A stretch of DNA of 64,000 nt from Candidatus Limnocylindria bacterium (GCA_035525825.1 DATLDP010000065.1:4885-68884); one strand, 5' to 3'. Numbered from the stretch's first letter, positions 25,623 through 35,322 are shown. A program made the numbers and translations. The notes: generated from the letters alone by a model not told the origin.

Positions 25623-26669
25623 ATGACCATCCCGATCGGCGACAGCGCCTTCGCCCAGATCGCGGAGCGGCTGCTCGAGGATCGCGACACCAAGAGCGCG
25701 GCCGCGCTCCAGGCGCGCCTGCGTTCGGTCTTCCCGCGGGCGGTGGTGCGCGCCCGGGAGCTGGCCGGCGAAGCACCTGCCTGGTATGTCTACCGGGATG
25801 GTGGCTGGCACGCCGACCTCGACGGCCCGTGGTGGCAGGAACCGGAGCTCCCGCGGCTGTCCACGACGCTCGACGGCTGGATCGCGGATGGCAACGCCAC
25901 GGCGCTCGGGTTGCTCGGGATGCCGCCGACCGAGCTCGGGGCTCGGCACCTCACGGACTTCGTCGCCCCCGGAACGCTCGACGACTCGCTCGCGATCCTC
26001 GATGCGGTCCAGGGTGGTGGCGAGCTCACGGCCACCCTTCGGATGCGACCTTCGTCGGGTTACGTGATCGCCATCGACACCCACATCTGGCGAGAGGAGG
26101 ATCGGATCCACGCCGTCCTCCGGCTCGCCCACGAGGTCGAGGTCGGGCCGCTCCCGACGGCGCCGGAGCCGCCGCTCCTGCGCTGCCGGCCGGAGACGGA
26201 CGTCGCGTTCCGCGGCTATGTCGAGCGATCGCTCTCCCGGATGCCGGAGCCGAACGCCGACGGCCTGGCGATGCGGCTGCGCCGGTTGTACCCGCGCGCC
26301 GACGTCACCGTCGCCGAGGACCACTGGCTCGTGACCCGCGAGCCGGACGACGCCGACGACACCGCGTCAGGCTGGTGGACGGATGCGTCCCTCGCCCGCG
26401 TTCGATACGACGCCCAGGCGCTGATCATCGACGCCAACGATGCGGCGAGGCAGCTTCTCGGGCGGGAGCTCGTCGGCCACCACTGGCAGGAGCTCGTGAT
26501 CCCGGGATCCACCGAGCAGGTCGCGGCCATGCTCCAGATCCTCGCCGAGGCCGGCCGGGCCGAATCGCGGTTCCGGATGCCGAGGGCGGACGGCTCCCTC
26601 GTCGAGTTCGACTCCTTCACCGAGGTCGACGGCGAGACGTACCTGACGACGATGCGCCCGCACGCCTGA
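25623..26669 (+). CDS. Stand-alone protein with an internally duplicated (helical segment + PAS-like domain) x2 architecture
   Basis: 348 aa. The two halves align: LQARLRSVFPRAVVRARE..WYVYRD..WWQE...GNATALGLLGMPPTELGARHLTDFV versus LAMRLRRLYPRADVTVAE..WLVTRE..WWTD...ANDAARQLLGRELVGHHWQELVI. No output domain is present. Confidence 0.6.
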   Translation: MTIPIGDSAFAQIAERLLEDRDTKSAAALQARLRSVFPRAVVRARELAGEAPAWYVYRDGGWHADLDGPWWQEPELPRLSTTLDGWIADGNATALGLLGMPPTELGARHLTDFVAPGTLDDSLAILDAVQGGGELTATLRMRPSSGYVIAIDTHIWREEDRIHAVLRLAHEVEVGPLPTAPEPPLLRCRPETDVAFRGYVERSLSRMPEPNADGLAMRLRRLYPRADVTVAEDHWLVTREPDDADDTASGWWTDASLARVRYDAQALIIDANDAARQLLGRELVGHHWQELVIPGSTEQVAAMLQILAEAGRAESRFRMPRADGSLVEFDSFTEVDGETYLTTMRPHA

Positions 26670-26725
26670 GGATCGGTGGCCCAGGGCGCGGTGCCACCCG
26701 TCACCCGACCGGCCGGGCCAGGCTG

Positions 26726-27775
26726 CTAGGGCTTCTGGCGCCCTCGTTGGATGAGGCGCGGCGCCAGGAGTCCTGCGCCGATCGCCAGGATCCCGATGAC
26801 CAGGACGGCCGCGATAAGGCCCGACGATCCGGAGGCGAACCCGGTCGGGTCGCTCGCGACCTCGCCGGTCGTCGGCTCGGGGCTCGACGCGTCCGCGCTT
26901 GCCGACGGCGCCGGCGGCGGATCGGCGGTTGGCGCTGTCGATGGCATCCCGGGATCGAAGCTGGGCTGCTCGGTCGCCGGCGGTTCCGTGGCGGGCGGCT
27001 CCGTTGGAGCGGCCGCGATCCGGATCGAGAACGTCAGCTTGTTGCTCAGGTCCTGGCCGCCGCGCGCCGTGCCGCCGTCATCGCGACCCCGAACGGTCAC
27101 CTCGGCAACGCCGCTCGCGTCCGGCGCGGGGGTGAAGTGGAGCTGGCCGTAGGTGATGTCGAAGATCGTGACCTTGGGCTGCTCCGAGAAGAGTTCCGGT
27201 CGGTTCGTGGTGACGACCCACTCGTCGATCGCCTGGGTGTTCTCGTCGATCGGTCCCCAGTTATGCATCTCGGTGCAGTGCTGGGGGTCGTCGTAGGGAC
27301 CCGAGTTGGCCCTGACCCGGATCGTGTCGAGGCAGGTCAGCACCAGGACCGCGGTTGGTGCGTCGTTGACCGCGAGAACGCGGATCGTGACGATCCCCTG
27401 GTCGTCCGCCGCGCCGGTGCAGGTGTTCACCTCGTCGAGCTTGGTCATGCCGTAGATGAACGACGTCTCGCCGTTCCACCACTCGTAGGGGGTGAAGGTG
27501 AAGGACCCGTCCGAGCGCCAGCCGGTGTTGTCGTTGTCGCCGAGGTTGCCCATCAGCTCCTGGGCGCCGATGCCCGTGACACATGGCGTGCCGGCGTCGT
27601 TGGTGTCGTTCGAGAGGACGCCCGGGGCGTCGATCACGAGGGTCCCACCCTCGTTGACCTCGTAGACGTCGTTCGTCGCGCCCGTGTCGGCGAGCGCCGT
27701 GCCGGCTGCCGCCGGGGCCAGGGCGAAAGCCACGGCAACGGCGAGGGCGATGCCGCGTCGAGGGTTCCCAGTCAC
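26726..27775 (-). CDS. Secreted cadherin-like/Ig-like repeat protein with Pro/Thr linker and C-terminal TM anchor
   Basis: GTG27775 is preceded by AGGAG (8-nt spacer). The signal peptide is RRGIALAVAVAFALAPAAAGTALA. A cadherin-like unit follows (DVYEVNEGGTLVIDAPGVLSNDT...VTIRVLAVNDAPTA). The linker is TEPPATEPPATE, and the tail is GLIAAVLVIGILAIGAGLLAPRLIQRGRQKP. Only the last 349 codons of track ORF 26726-29161 are taken as real. Confidence 0.65.
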   Translation of the reverse strand: MTGNPRRGIALAVAVAFALAPAAAGTALADTGATNDVYEVNEGGTLVIDAPGVLSNDTNDAGTPCVTGIGAQELMGNLGDNDNTGWRSDGSFTFTPYEWWNGETSFIYGMTKLDEVNTCTGAADDQGIVTIRVLAVNDAPTAVLVLTCLDTIRVRANSGPYDDPQHCTEMHNWGPIDENTQAIDEWVVTTNRPELFSEQPKVTIFDITYGQLHFTPAPDASGVAEVTVRGRDDGGTARGGQDLSNKLTFSIRIAAAPTEPPATEPPATEQPSFDPGMPSTAPTADPPPAPSASADASSPEPTTGEVASDPTGFASGSSGLIAAVLVIGILAIGAGLLAPRLIQRGRQKP

Positions 27776-27970
27776 GGGTGGCACTCCTGTCGATGGCCCG
27801 AGGCGGCCGGGCGGGAACGATGGCTTGCCACCATGGCCGCCGAGCCGCCGCGTCCCGGTGTCGCCGGCGAAACAGCCTTGTAACCGGCGGCCATTGGCGG
27901 CCCTTCGCCGGGCATGCGACCATCCGCGCGTCGCCCGAACCCCCCGCCCGAACCAATCCCGGAGGCCCTC

Positions 27971-29152
27971 GTGACCCGCTCCGAGCCCAACCTGCGCATC
28001 CCCGGCCCGACGTCGCTGCCGCCCACCGTCCGCGAGGCCGGCGCCCGCCAGATGATCAACCACCGCGGGCCCGAGTTCAAAGAGCTGCTCCTCCGGCTGC
28101 AGGCCGGGATGAAGCCGTACTTCGGGACCACGAGCGACATCGCGATCCTGTCCTGCGCCGGCACGGGCGGCCTCGAGGCGGCCATCGTGAACACGCTGTC
28201 GCCCGGCGATCGCGTCCTGGCCGTCTCCATCGGCGCGTTCGGCGACCGCTTCGCGAAGATCGCCGAGGCGTACGGCGCGAGCGTCGACCGGGTGGGAGCG
28301 GAATGGGGCTGGGCAGCAGCGCCGGATGAGGTCATGGAGCGCCTCGAGGCGGCCCGAGGCGAGTACAAGGCCGTGCTGCTGACGCACAACGAGACGTCCA
28401 CCGGGGTGATGAACCCGATCAGGGACCTGGCGCCCGTCATCCGGGACGCGGCTCAGGACGCGCTGATCCTCGTCGACACCGTCTCGTCGCTCGGCGCCGT
28501 GCCGTTCGAGATGGACACGTGGGGCGTGGACGTGGTCGCCACCGCCTCGCAGAAGGCGTGGATGGCCGCGCCAGGGCTGGCGATGGTCGCCGCATCGAAG
28601 CGGGCCTGGGAAGCCATGGCGACGGCGAAGATGCCGCGCTTCTACCTCGACCTCAGGAAGCACCTCGACGCGATGACCACGGGCGAGACCCCGTGGACTC
28701 CCGCCATTGCCGTGGCCTTCCAGGTCGACGAGGGCATCCGCCTCATGAACGAGGAAGGCCAGGCCGGCGTCTTCGCCCGCCACGTCGCCTGCGCCGCCGC
28801 GGCGCAGGCGGGCATCGAGGCGCTCGGCTTCGAGCTTTTCGCGGATCCACCGGTGCGATCCAAGACCGTCACGGCGGCGAAGATTCCCGAGGGCCTCGAC
28901 TGGAAGGCATTCAACGGCGCGATCAAGCAGCGCGACCTCGTCCTCGCCGGCGGCCAGGGCAAGCTCACCGGGCAGGTCTTCCGGATGGGCCATCTCGGCT
29001 CCGTGACGCTGGACGAGATCCTGGAGGCGCTCGAGACGATCGAGGCCGTATCGATCGAGTGGGGCCGGCCGGTCGAGCGAGGCGCCGCCGTCGCCGCCGC
29101 GCAAGCCGCCGCCAGCCAGGCCTCGGGCGCGACGGCGCTCCAGCCGGCTTGA
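27971..29152 (+). CDS. Class V (PLP) aminotransferase, serine-pyruvate / phosphoserine aminotransferase-like
   Basis: GTG27971 is preceded by GGAGG (27961-27965). It has IPGPTSLPPTV, HNETSTGV, VDTVSSLG and the PLP lysine in ATASQKAW. Its position directly upstream of serA suggests a serine-pathway role. Confidence 0.85.
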   Translation: MTRSEPNLRIPGPTSLPPTVREAGARQMINHRGPEFKELLLRLQAGMKPYFGTTSDIAILSCAGTGGLEAAIVNTLSPGDRVLAVSIGAFGDRFAKIAEAYGASVDRVGAEWGWAAAPDEVMERLEAARGEYKAVLLTHNETSTGVMNPIRDLAPVIRDAAQDALILVDTVSSLGAVPFEMDTWGVDVVATASQKAWMAAPGLAMVAASKRAWEAMATAKMPRFYLDLRKHLDAMTTGETPWTPAIAVAFQVDEGIRLMNEEGQAGVFARHVACAAAAQAGIEALGFELFADPPVRSKTVTAAKIPEGLDWKAFNGAIKQRDLVLAGGQGKLTGQVFRMGHLGSVTLDEILEALETIEAVSIEWGRPVERGAAVAAAQAAASQASGATALQPA

Positions 29153-29211
29153 TCGAGACACCCACGGCGTCGACGCTCGATCGCGACGGCTCGCCGACGC
29201 GAGGAGCGGCG

Positions 29212-30798
29212 ATGCGCGTCCTGGTCGCCGAGTCGATCGCGCCCGAGGGAATCGAGGCGCTCCGGGCCGCCGGCCATGAGGTCGAGGTGCGAACAGGCCT
29301 CTCGCCCGAGGCGCTGCGGGAGGCCGTCGCCAGTGCCGACGCCCTCATCGTCCGGAGCCAGGTCCAGGTCGATCGGGAGCTGATCGCCGCGGGCGCCCGG
29401 CTGCAGGTGGTGGGTCGCGCCGGCGTGGGCGTCGACAACGTCGACCTCGACGCGGCGACGCGCGCGGGCATCACCGTCGTCAACGCCCCGACCGGCAACA
29501 CGATCGCGGCCGCGGAGCACACGATCGCGCTCCTGATGGCCCTCGCGCGCCGGGTGCCGGCCGCCGACGCCTCGCTGCGCCGCGGCGAGTGGACGCGCGG
29601 GCCGCTCCAGGGCGTGCAGCTGCGCGGCCGGACGCTCGGGATCATCGGGCTCGGAAAGATCGGGGTCGCGGTGGCGGAGCGGGCCCGCGGGCTCGGGATG
29701 ACGCTGCTCGGCAGCGACCCGTACGTCACCGCGGAGCAGGCCGCGCTGCGTGGCGTGGAGCTCGTCAGCATTGACGCGCTGCTGGCGCGATCCGACGCGG
29801 TCACGGTGCACGTGCCCCTGACCCGCACCACCACGGCGCTGCTCGATGCCGCCGCCATCGCGAAGATGAAGCCCGGCGCCTTCGTGCTCAACGTCGCCCG
29901 CGGCGGGATCGTCGACGAGGCGGCGCTCGCCGACGCGCTCCGGGAAGGCCGCCTCGGCGGCGCCGGCATCGATGTGTTCGTCGACGAGCCGCCAACCGGG
30001 TCTCCGCTCCTGGAGGCTCCCAACACCGTCCTCACGCCGCACCTCGGTGCGTCCACCGCCGAGGCCCAGGTCGCGGTCGCGGAGGAGATCGCGGAGCAGG
30101 TCGCCGACGTGCTCGCGGGACGCGCCGCGCGCTACGCGGTCAACGCGCCCCTGCTCAGCGCCGAGGCCGAGCAGGCGATCGGGCCGTTCCTGCCGCTCGC
30201 CGAGACGCTCGGGAAGTTCCTCGCCCAGTTCGCACGGTCCGGCGTGGGCTCGCTGACCGTGGAGCTGGCAGGCGAGCTCGCCAGGACCGAGTCGGGGCCG
30301 CTCACCGCCGCGGTCCTCCGCGGGATCCTGGAGATGGCCACGACCGAGCGGGTGAACCTCGTGAACGCCGGCCTGCTCGCGAAGGCCCGGGGGATCACCG
30401 TCACCGAGCGCAAGACCGCCGAGGCCGGTGGGTTCCACGCCGCTCTCACGGTCTCGACGAACGCCGGGAACGGCCAGATCGCGGTTGGCGGGACGGTCGC
30501 CGGGGGCGAGCTCCGAATCGTCCGGCTGAACGACTACCGCCTCGATATGGCGGCATCGGAGCTCATCCTCATTACCCGCCACCGTGACCGGCCGGGCACG
30601 ATCGGGCGGATCGGTGGGCTGCTTGGCCAGGCCGACGTGAACATCAACGCGATGTACGTGGCCCGCTCCGCGCCGCGCGCCGACGCCCTGATGATCCTGA
30701 CCGTCGACGACGACGTCCGGCCCGATCTCGCGGCTGCGATCCGCGCCGACGAGGGCGTGATGGACCTCTGGGTGATCCGCCTCGGCCCGCTGCCATGA
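29212..30798 (+). CDS. serA: D-3-phosphoglycerate dehydrogenase (long form with ASB and ACT domains)
   Basis: ATG29212 is preceded by GAGGAG. The 528-aa product has GIIGLGKIGVAVA, NVARGGIVDE, LTPHLGAST and a C-terminal ACT-like region (ILITRHRDRPGTIGRIGGLLGQADVNI). Confidence 0.9.
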   Translation: MRVLVAESIAPEGIEALRAAGHEVEVRTGLSPEALREAVASADALIVRSQVQVDRELIAAGARLQVVGRAGVGVDNVDLDAATRAGITVVNAPTGNTIAAAEHTIALLMALARRVPAADASLRRGEWTRGPLQGVQLRGRTLGIIGLGKIGVAVAERARGLGMTLLGSDPYVTAEQAALRGVELVSIDALLARSDAVTVHVPLTRTTTALLDAAAIAKMKPGAFVLNVARGGIVDEAALADALREGRLGGAGIDVFVDEPPTGSPLLEAPNTVLTPHLGASTAEAQVAVAEEIAEQVADVLAGRAARYAVNAPLLSAEAEQAIGPFLPLAETLGKFLAQFARSGVGSLTVELAGELARTESGPLTAAVLRGILEMATTERVNLVNAGLLAKARGITVTERKTAEAGGFHAALTVSTNAGNGQIAVGGTVAGGELRIVRLNDYRLDMAASELILITRHRDRPGTIGRIGGLLGQADVNINAMYVARSAPRADALMILTVDDDVRPDLAAAIRADEGVMDLWVIRLGPLP

Positions 30799-31694
30799 CA
30801 TCGGGGGACGAGAACAAGGCGGCGCCGGACGCCCCGGAAGCCGAGCAGGATCTTGCCGCGGCGGAGCCGATTCCACCGATCATCCCCACGGGCCTCGATG
30901 CGGTGATCGCCTTCGTCCGTCACGGCGAGTCGCAATGGGTCGCCGAGGGGCGGTTCCAGGGCCAGGGCGACTCACCCCTGTCCGACCTGGGCCAGCGGCA
31001 GGCGCTGCTCACCGCGCGGCGGATCGCGCGGCGGAATCGGAAGCCCACCCTCCCGTTGCCCGCCGGCGCGCCCCTTCAGATCGTCCATTCGCCGCTGCTC
31101 CGGGCCGCGGAGACGGCCACCGTCATCGGACGTGCCGTGAGCGGGGGCCGGGGCGAGGACGCCATCGTCGCGCCCGTGGCCCTGCGCCCCGAGGACGGCC
31201 TTCTCGAGATCGGCCAGGGCGAATGGGAGGGGCTGCCGAGCACGGAGGTGACCGAGCGCTGGGGCGACGTGCTCACGGCGTGGCGCCAGGATCCGTTGAC
31301 CGCCTGGGCGCCCGGCGGCGAGTCGATCGCCGACGTGGACGTGCGAGTCCGGGTGGCGCTTCGGCAGCTGCTCGCCGACCTCGCGGACGTCGCAGCCGAG
31401 CCGCGAGGCACCCGTTCCCAGGTCCTCGGCTACGGCGAGGTTCCGGCCGACGAGCCGTGGTCGATCGTCGTGGGGCACGACGGCGTCTTCAAGGTCGCGA
31501 TGCTGGCGCTGCTCGACTACCCGCTCTCGCGGTTCTGGACCCTGCCGTTCGCGCTCTGCGGGATCACGGTCGTGGAGATTCGCGACGGCCGGCCGCGGCT
31601 GCGGCTGCACAACGCCACGGATCACCTGACCTCCATCGAGACGGAGGCCGAGCGCGTCGCCGCCGAGGCGCGACGGAAGAGCGGGGCCCTCTAG
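30795..31694 (+). CDS. Histidine phosphatase (phosphoglycerate mutase-like) family protein
   Basis: ATG30795 overlaps the serA stop (ATGA). It has the RHGES motif (AFVRHGESQWVAEGRFQG), SPLLRAAETA and VVGHDGVF. Confidence 0.8.
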   Translation: MTSGDENKAAPDAPEAEQDLAAAEPIPPIIPTGLDAVIAFVRHGESQWVAEGRFQGQGDSPLSDLGQRQALLTARRIARRNRKPTLPLPAGAPLQIVHSPLLRAAETATVIGRAVSGGRGEDAIVAPVALRPEDGLLEIGQGEWEGLPSTEVTERWGDVLTAWRQDPLTAWAPGGESIADVDVRVRVALRQLLADLADVAAEPRGTRSQVLGYGEVPADEPWSIVVGHDGVFKVAMLALLDYPLSRFWTLPFALCGITVVEIRDGRPRLRLHNATDHLTSIETEAERVAAEARRKSGAL

Positions 31695-34066
31695 GGCTTC
31701 CCCGGCTTCCGGCGGCGCCGTCGGAACCCGCGCTGGATCACGAGGCTCAGGAGCGCGAAGCGGAGGCGGTGGTAGGCCTGCGCGATCCGCTTCAGGCGGT
31801 CGGTCTCGAGGGCCTGCCGGCCGTAGGCGACCTCGACCTTGGCCCTGGCGATGGTCGTCAGCTCGAGCCGCGCCGTGGGCACCTCGTCGGCGAGGGCGCC
31901 GGCAAACTCGAAGACCGTCTGGGACGGGCGGGGGCCCAGGCCGATCCGACTCGCGAGTCGCGCCACCGATCCCCACGCCTGGTCGGGATGCATCGGCTTG
32001 TTCGGCGTGCGCCGATACGCGGCAAAGACGAGCGCCCCGATCCCGATCGCGAGGATGACCGCGATCGCGATGAACGGCCCAATGCCATTTCCGGTCAGCG
32101 TCCCGCCTGGGGTGGTGCCCCCGCCCGGCACGGTCGGATCATCCCGGAAGGTCGCGGCAGGCCGGCTCGGCCGAGGGGTCGACGGGCCGGTAGACCCCGA
32201 CGGGAGGGGCACGGGCTGGCCGATCCCGCCGCCGGTGGGATCGAACTCCACCCAGCCGCTTTCAGGGAAGTAGACCTCCACCCACCAGTGCGCCGCGCGG
32301 CCCTCGACGACCTCCCGGCCGTCGGGGCCCCGGTCCCCACGCAGGAACCCATAGGCGATGCGCGCCGGCACCCCCCGGGCGCGGAGGAGCACCGCCATGG
32401 TGCTGGCGTAGTACTCGCAATAGCCGCGCTTGATGGTGGCGAAGCACTCCACGGACGAGACGCCGGCGCACTGGGTGTCGCGGGCCTCCCTGACGTCGAC
32501 GTCGTACTCGAAGTTCTTCGAGAGGTAGGACTCCATCGTTCGGGCGAGGTCGTAGGGGTTGTTGGCGTCCGCGCCCTCGGGGACCTCCACGAGCCCGACG
32601 ATGGTGTCGAGGAGCGCGGTCGCATTGGGCCCGAGCGCGTTGTCCGGCAGCTGCTGGGCATAGATGGTTCGGATCTCCGCGGGATAGTCGGTCCCGGCGG
32701 CGCGCAGGCGGGCCTGGGTCAGGCCACCCTGCACGTCCTGCAGCACCGGCACGAGCGCCGAGATGTTGTAGGTGCTCAACGACTCGGTCGATTCGATCCG
32801 GGAGAGCCAGCCGTCGGCGCCGACGACCTTGCCGACCGTCGGTCGGTCGACGCTCTGGATCTCGTTGGGCCCCAGGATGATCGGGTCGCGGAAGGCATCC
32901 GGGATCACGAGCGCCGTCAGCGGGCGCCGTCCCACCGTGCTCGGCTCGTCGCCCTGCCCGGCCAGCACCGGATCGCGCGCCGCGGCCGGAGCGTCGGTCG
33001 TGGTCCCCCACTCCCAGCCGAAGCCGTTGTAGATCGAATAGGCGCCGGCGCGCCATTTGAACATGCGGTCCTCGGAGGGCAGCAGCTGGGCCCGGAAGGC
33101 GGTCTTGTCGCTCGGCGTCCATTGGCCGCTCGTGACCGCGTTGCCCCCGAAGCTGATGCCGCCCGCCGAGCGGAAGGCGCCGGGCGGCGCGATCTTCTGG
33201 AAGAACTCCGAGACGAACTGGAGCTTGCTCGGGAGGTCCTGCCACAGACCCTGGAGTGGCGCCGAGGAGGCGGTCGTCGTCAGGAGGACGGAGCCCAGGA
33301 TGGCGGCGGTGACGAACGCCGCGCCACCGCGGAGGTACAGCTGGCCGACCGCCGCGGGGTCGCCGATGCGCCGCCTCGTCCACGTGACCTCCTCCTCGAA
33401 CACGTGGGTCCGGATGAGGAGCAGGAGCGCGCCGGCGCTGAACAGCACGAGCAGGTTGAGCTGCGTGCCCGGATTGCGGGAGGTGAGGGCCATGTTCGCG
33501 AGCAGCGCCAGCCCGAGGACGACCACGGCGTCGAGCGGGCGCCGATGCCCGAAGACGGTGAAGCCGGCGAGGAGGCCGCCGCCCCACACCAACGCCCCGA
33601 AGACGAGGTGGTAGTGGGCGGCTTCTGTGGTGAACGGTCGGCGCAGCTCCGCGAGGTCCGTCCAGACCCGTCGAGCCACCTCGTCCGAGGCGGCGAGCCG
33701 CTGCGCGAGACCCTGCGGGTCCCAGCCGACCTCCGCCCCAAGGCGGGTCTGGAGCACGATCCCGCCGACGATCAGGGGCAGGAAGACGCCGGCGAAGAGC
33801 GCGCCGACAAGGTGGGTCCGCCAGCGTCCCCAGCCGATCTTGGCGCCGAGCATGCCCATCGCGAGGCCGACGAGGCCCACCCAGAACAGGAACTCGGGCG
33901 GCCCAGCCGAGGTCGGGGTCCATCGAGCGTCCACGAGCGAACCCGCGAACGCCAGGACCATCAGGGCGGTGGCGAACAGGGTCAGCCAGCCCTCGACAGG
34001 GCGGAACGGCATGCGGCGAGCCGCGGCGCTCACGCCCGCCGATGCAGTGGCGGTCGCGGCGGTCAC
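31691..34066 (-). CDS. Transglutaminase-domain integral membrane protein (TgpA-like)
   Basis: GTG34066 overlaps the DUF58 stop (GTGA). It has an N-terminal multi-TM region, a transglutaminase core (KRGYCEYYASTMAVLLRARGVPARIAYGF...HWWVEVYF), and a C-terminal TM helix plus helical tail. Confidence 0.8.
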   Translation of the reverse strand: MTAATATASAGVSAAARRMPFRPVEGWLTLFATALMVLAFAGSLVDARWTPTSAGPPEFLFWVGLVGLAMGMLGAKIGWGRWRTHLVGALFAGVFLPLIVGGIVLQTRLGAEVGWDPQGLAQRLAASDEVARRVWTDLAELRRPFTTEAAHYHLVFGALVWGGGLLAGFTVFGHRRPLDAVVVLGLALLANMALTSRNPGTQLNLLVLFSAGALLLLIRTHVFEEEVTWTRRRIGDPAAVGQLYLRGGAAFVTAAILGSVLLTTTASSAPLQGLWQDLPSKLQFVSEFFQKIAPPGAFRSAGGISFGGNAVTSGQWTPSDKTAFRAQLLPSEDRMFKWRAGAYSIYNGFGWEWGTTTDAPAAARDPVLAGQGDEPSTVGRRPLTALVIPDAFRDPIILGPNEIQSVDRPTVGKVVGADGWLSRIESTESLSTYNISALVPVLQDVQGGLTQARLRAAGTDYPAEIRTIYAQQLPDNALGPNATALLDTIVGLVEVPEGADANNPYDLARTMESYLSKNFEYDVDVREARDTQCAGVSSVECFATIKRGYCEYYASTMAVLLRARGVPARIAYGFLRGDRGPDGREVVEGRAAHWWVEVYFPESGWVEFDPTGGGIGQPVPLPSGSTGPSTPRPSRPAATFRDDPTVPGGGTTPGGTLTGNGIGPFIAIAVILAIGIGALVFAAYRRTPNKPMHPDQAWGSVARLASRIGLGPRPSQTVFEFAGALADEVPTARLELTTIARAKVEVAYGRQALETDRLKRIAQAYHRLRFALLSLVIQRGFRRRRRKPGKP

Positions 34067-35322
34067 GAGGCCAGCGCCTCGGCGAGGGGCTGCGTCGGCC
34101 CGACGCGGTAGACGGCGATGTCGAACTCGGCCAGGGCGTGGCGGAGGGCACGCCACTGCTGGGCGGTCGCCGTGGTCTCGGGCAACGGCTGCTCGATGGC
34201 GGCGAGGCCGGCCTTGCGGGCCGCGTCTTCCTGCACCCGGCGCTCGAACGCGGGCACGTCCATCGCGACCACGACGCAGGCGACGCCGCGGGATCGGAGC
34301 GTGGCCAGCGGCTTGACCCAGCCACGGTCCAGCGATGCCGTGATGACGACGGCGGTCATGCCCCGCCGGATCCGCGGCACGCTGGCGACGAGCGCCTCCG
34401 ACATCGGGGTGGAGCCATCGCCCTCGACCGCGGCGAGGAGCTGCATGATCTTGAGGTGCTGGCGGCCGCCGCGGTCGGGCTGGAGCTGGGCCAGCCGGTG
34501 GGCATTGATCGTCATGCCGACGGCGCGGTTCTCGACGAGGGCCTTGTCGGCCACCGCGGCAGCGGCGCGGACGGCGACCTCGACGGTCGACTCGTCGCCG
34601 TTCCCGAGCTGGATCGCGCGCTCGAGATCGAGGATCAGCCAGCAGTCCGCCGTCTGCTCCAGGTCGAACTCCTTGACGTGGATGTCGCCGTGGCGGGCGG
34701 TCGCCTTCCAGTGGATCCGGTTGAACGCATCACCCGGCGCCCAGGGCCGCACGGTCGTCGCGAGCGGGGTGGACTGGAGCGTCCGCTCGCGCATCGCGTG
34801 GCTCCCGTCGAGGCTCGCCGCCGGCAGACGCCAGAGCGGGATCGGCTCGAGACGCGGGTAGACGGTCACGTTGATCCCCGAGCCGACGCTCGCGGACGAC
34901 TCGAAGAACCCGAACGGATCACCGGTGCGGATCTGGAGCGGCTCGACGCGGAAGTGCCCCCGCCGCGTCAGCGGCGTCCGGATCAGCCACGACCGCTCGG
35001 CGTTGCCCCCCAGGGAGATCGCGCGACCGGGCAGGCCGGCGGGCAGCGAGGTCGGGTTGTGGATCTCCAGCCAGGGCTTCGGGATGCGGCTGGTGTTGCG
35101 CAGCGTGTACGTCACCCGGATGCGGTCACCGACGTGGCCGGAGAGCTGGTTGACCGCGTAGCCCGCCTCGAGATCGGCGAGCCCGAGCCGCGTCAGCACG
35201 TACGAGCCGCCCACGACGAGCACGCCGAGGTAGACGAGGTAGAACAGGAACGGCAGCCCGGTCGAGAAGGCCGCGATCACCAGGATCGCGCCGAGGAGCA
35301 GCAGCTGGAGTCGGCGGAACAT
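34063..35322 (-). CDS. DUF58 domain protein (vWA-like, MoxR partner)
   Basis: 419 aa with two N-terminal TM helices and the DUF58 core (GDPFGFFE...VRPWAPGDAFNRIHWKATARHGDIHVKEFDLE). Confidence 0.85.
   Translation of the reverse strand: MFRRLQLLLLGAILVIAAFSTGLPFLFYLVYLGVLVVGGSYVLTRLGLADLEAGYAVNQLSGHVGDRIRVTYTLRNTSRIPKPWLEIHNPTSLPAGLPGRAISLGGNAERSWLIRTPLTRRGHFRVEPLQIRTGDPFGFFESSASVGSGINVTVYPRLEPIPLWRLPAASLDGSHAMRERTLQSTPLATTVRPWAPGDAFNRIHWKATARHGDIHVKEFDLEQTADCWLILDLERAIQLGNGDESTVEVAVRAAAAVADKALVENRAVGMTINAHRLAQLQPDRGGRQHLKIMQLLAAVEGDGSTPMSEALVASVPRIRRGMTAVVITASLDRGWVKPLATLRSRGVACVVVAMDVPAFERRVQEDAARKAGLAAIEQPLPETTATAQQWRALRHALAEFDIAVYRVGPTQPLAEALAS

Noticed and set aside
23967-26324. A 785-aa minus-strand ORF, one of the longer ORFs in the track.
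   Set aside because: It is antisense to rarA and the PAS protein, both of which have clear family motifs. Its translation is R/G/P/D-rich with no recognisable motif, which is typical of a GC-driven shadow frame.
24206-27883. A 1225-aa plus-strand ORF spanning four genes.
   Set aside because: It is an out-of-frame or antisense read-through of rarA, the PAS gene and the cadherin-like gene. The composition is extremely Arg/Pro/Gly-rich and no domain is visible.
26726-29161. An 811-aa minus-strand ORF extending the cadherin-like gene upstream.
   Set aside because: The upstream 462 codons are antisense to the class-V aminotransferase gene. A signal peptide with AGGAG-GTG at 27775 marks the real start.
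30935-34325. A 1058-aa plus-strand ORF (30935-34111) and a 687-aa minus-strand ORF (32262-34325) over the transglutaminase locus.
   Set aside because: Both are shadow frames of the TgpA-like gene (31691-34066), which carries the TM helices and the GYCEYYAS core. The alternatives are Arg/Pro/Gly-rich.
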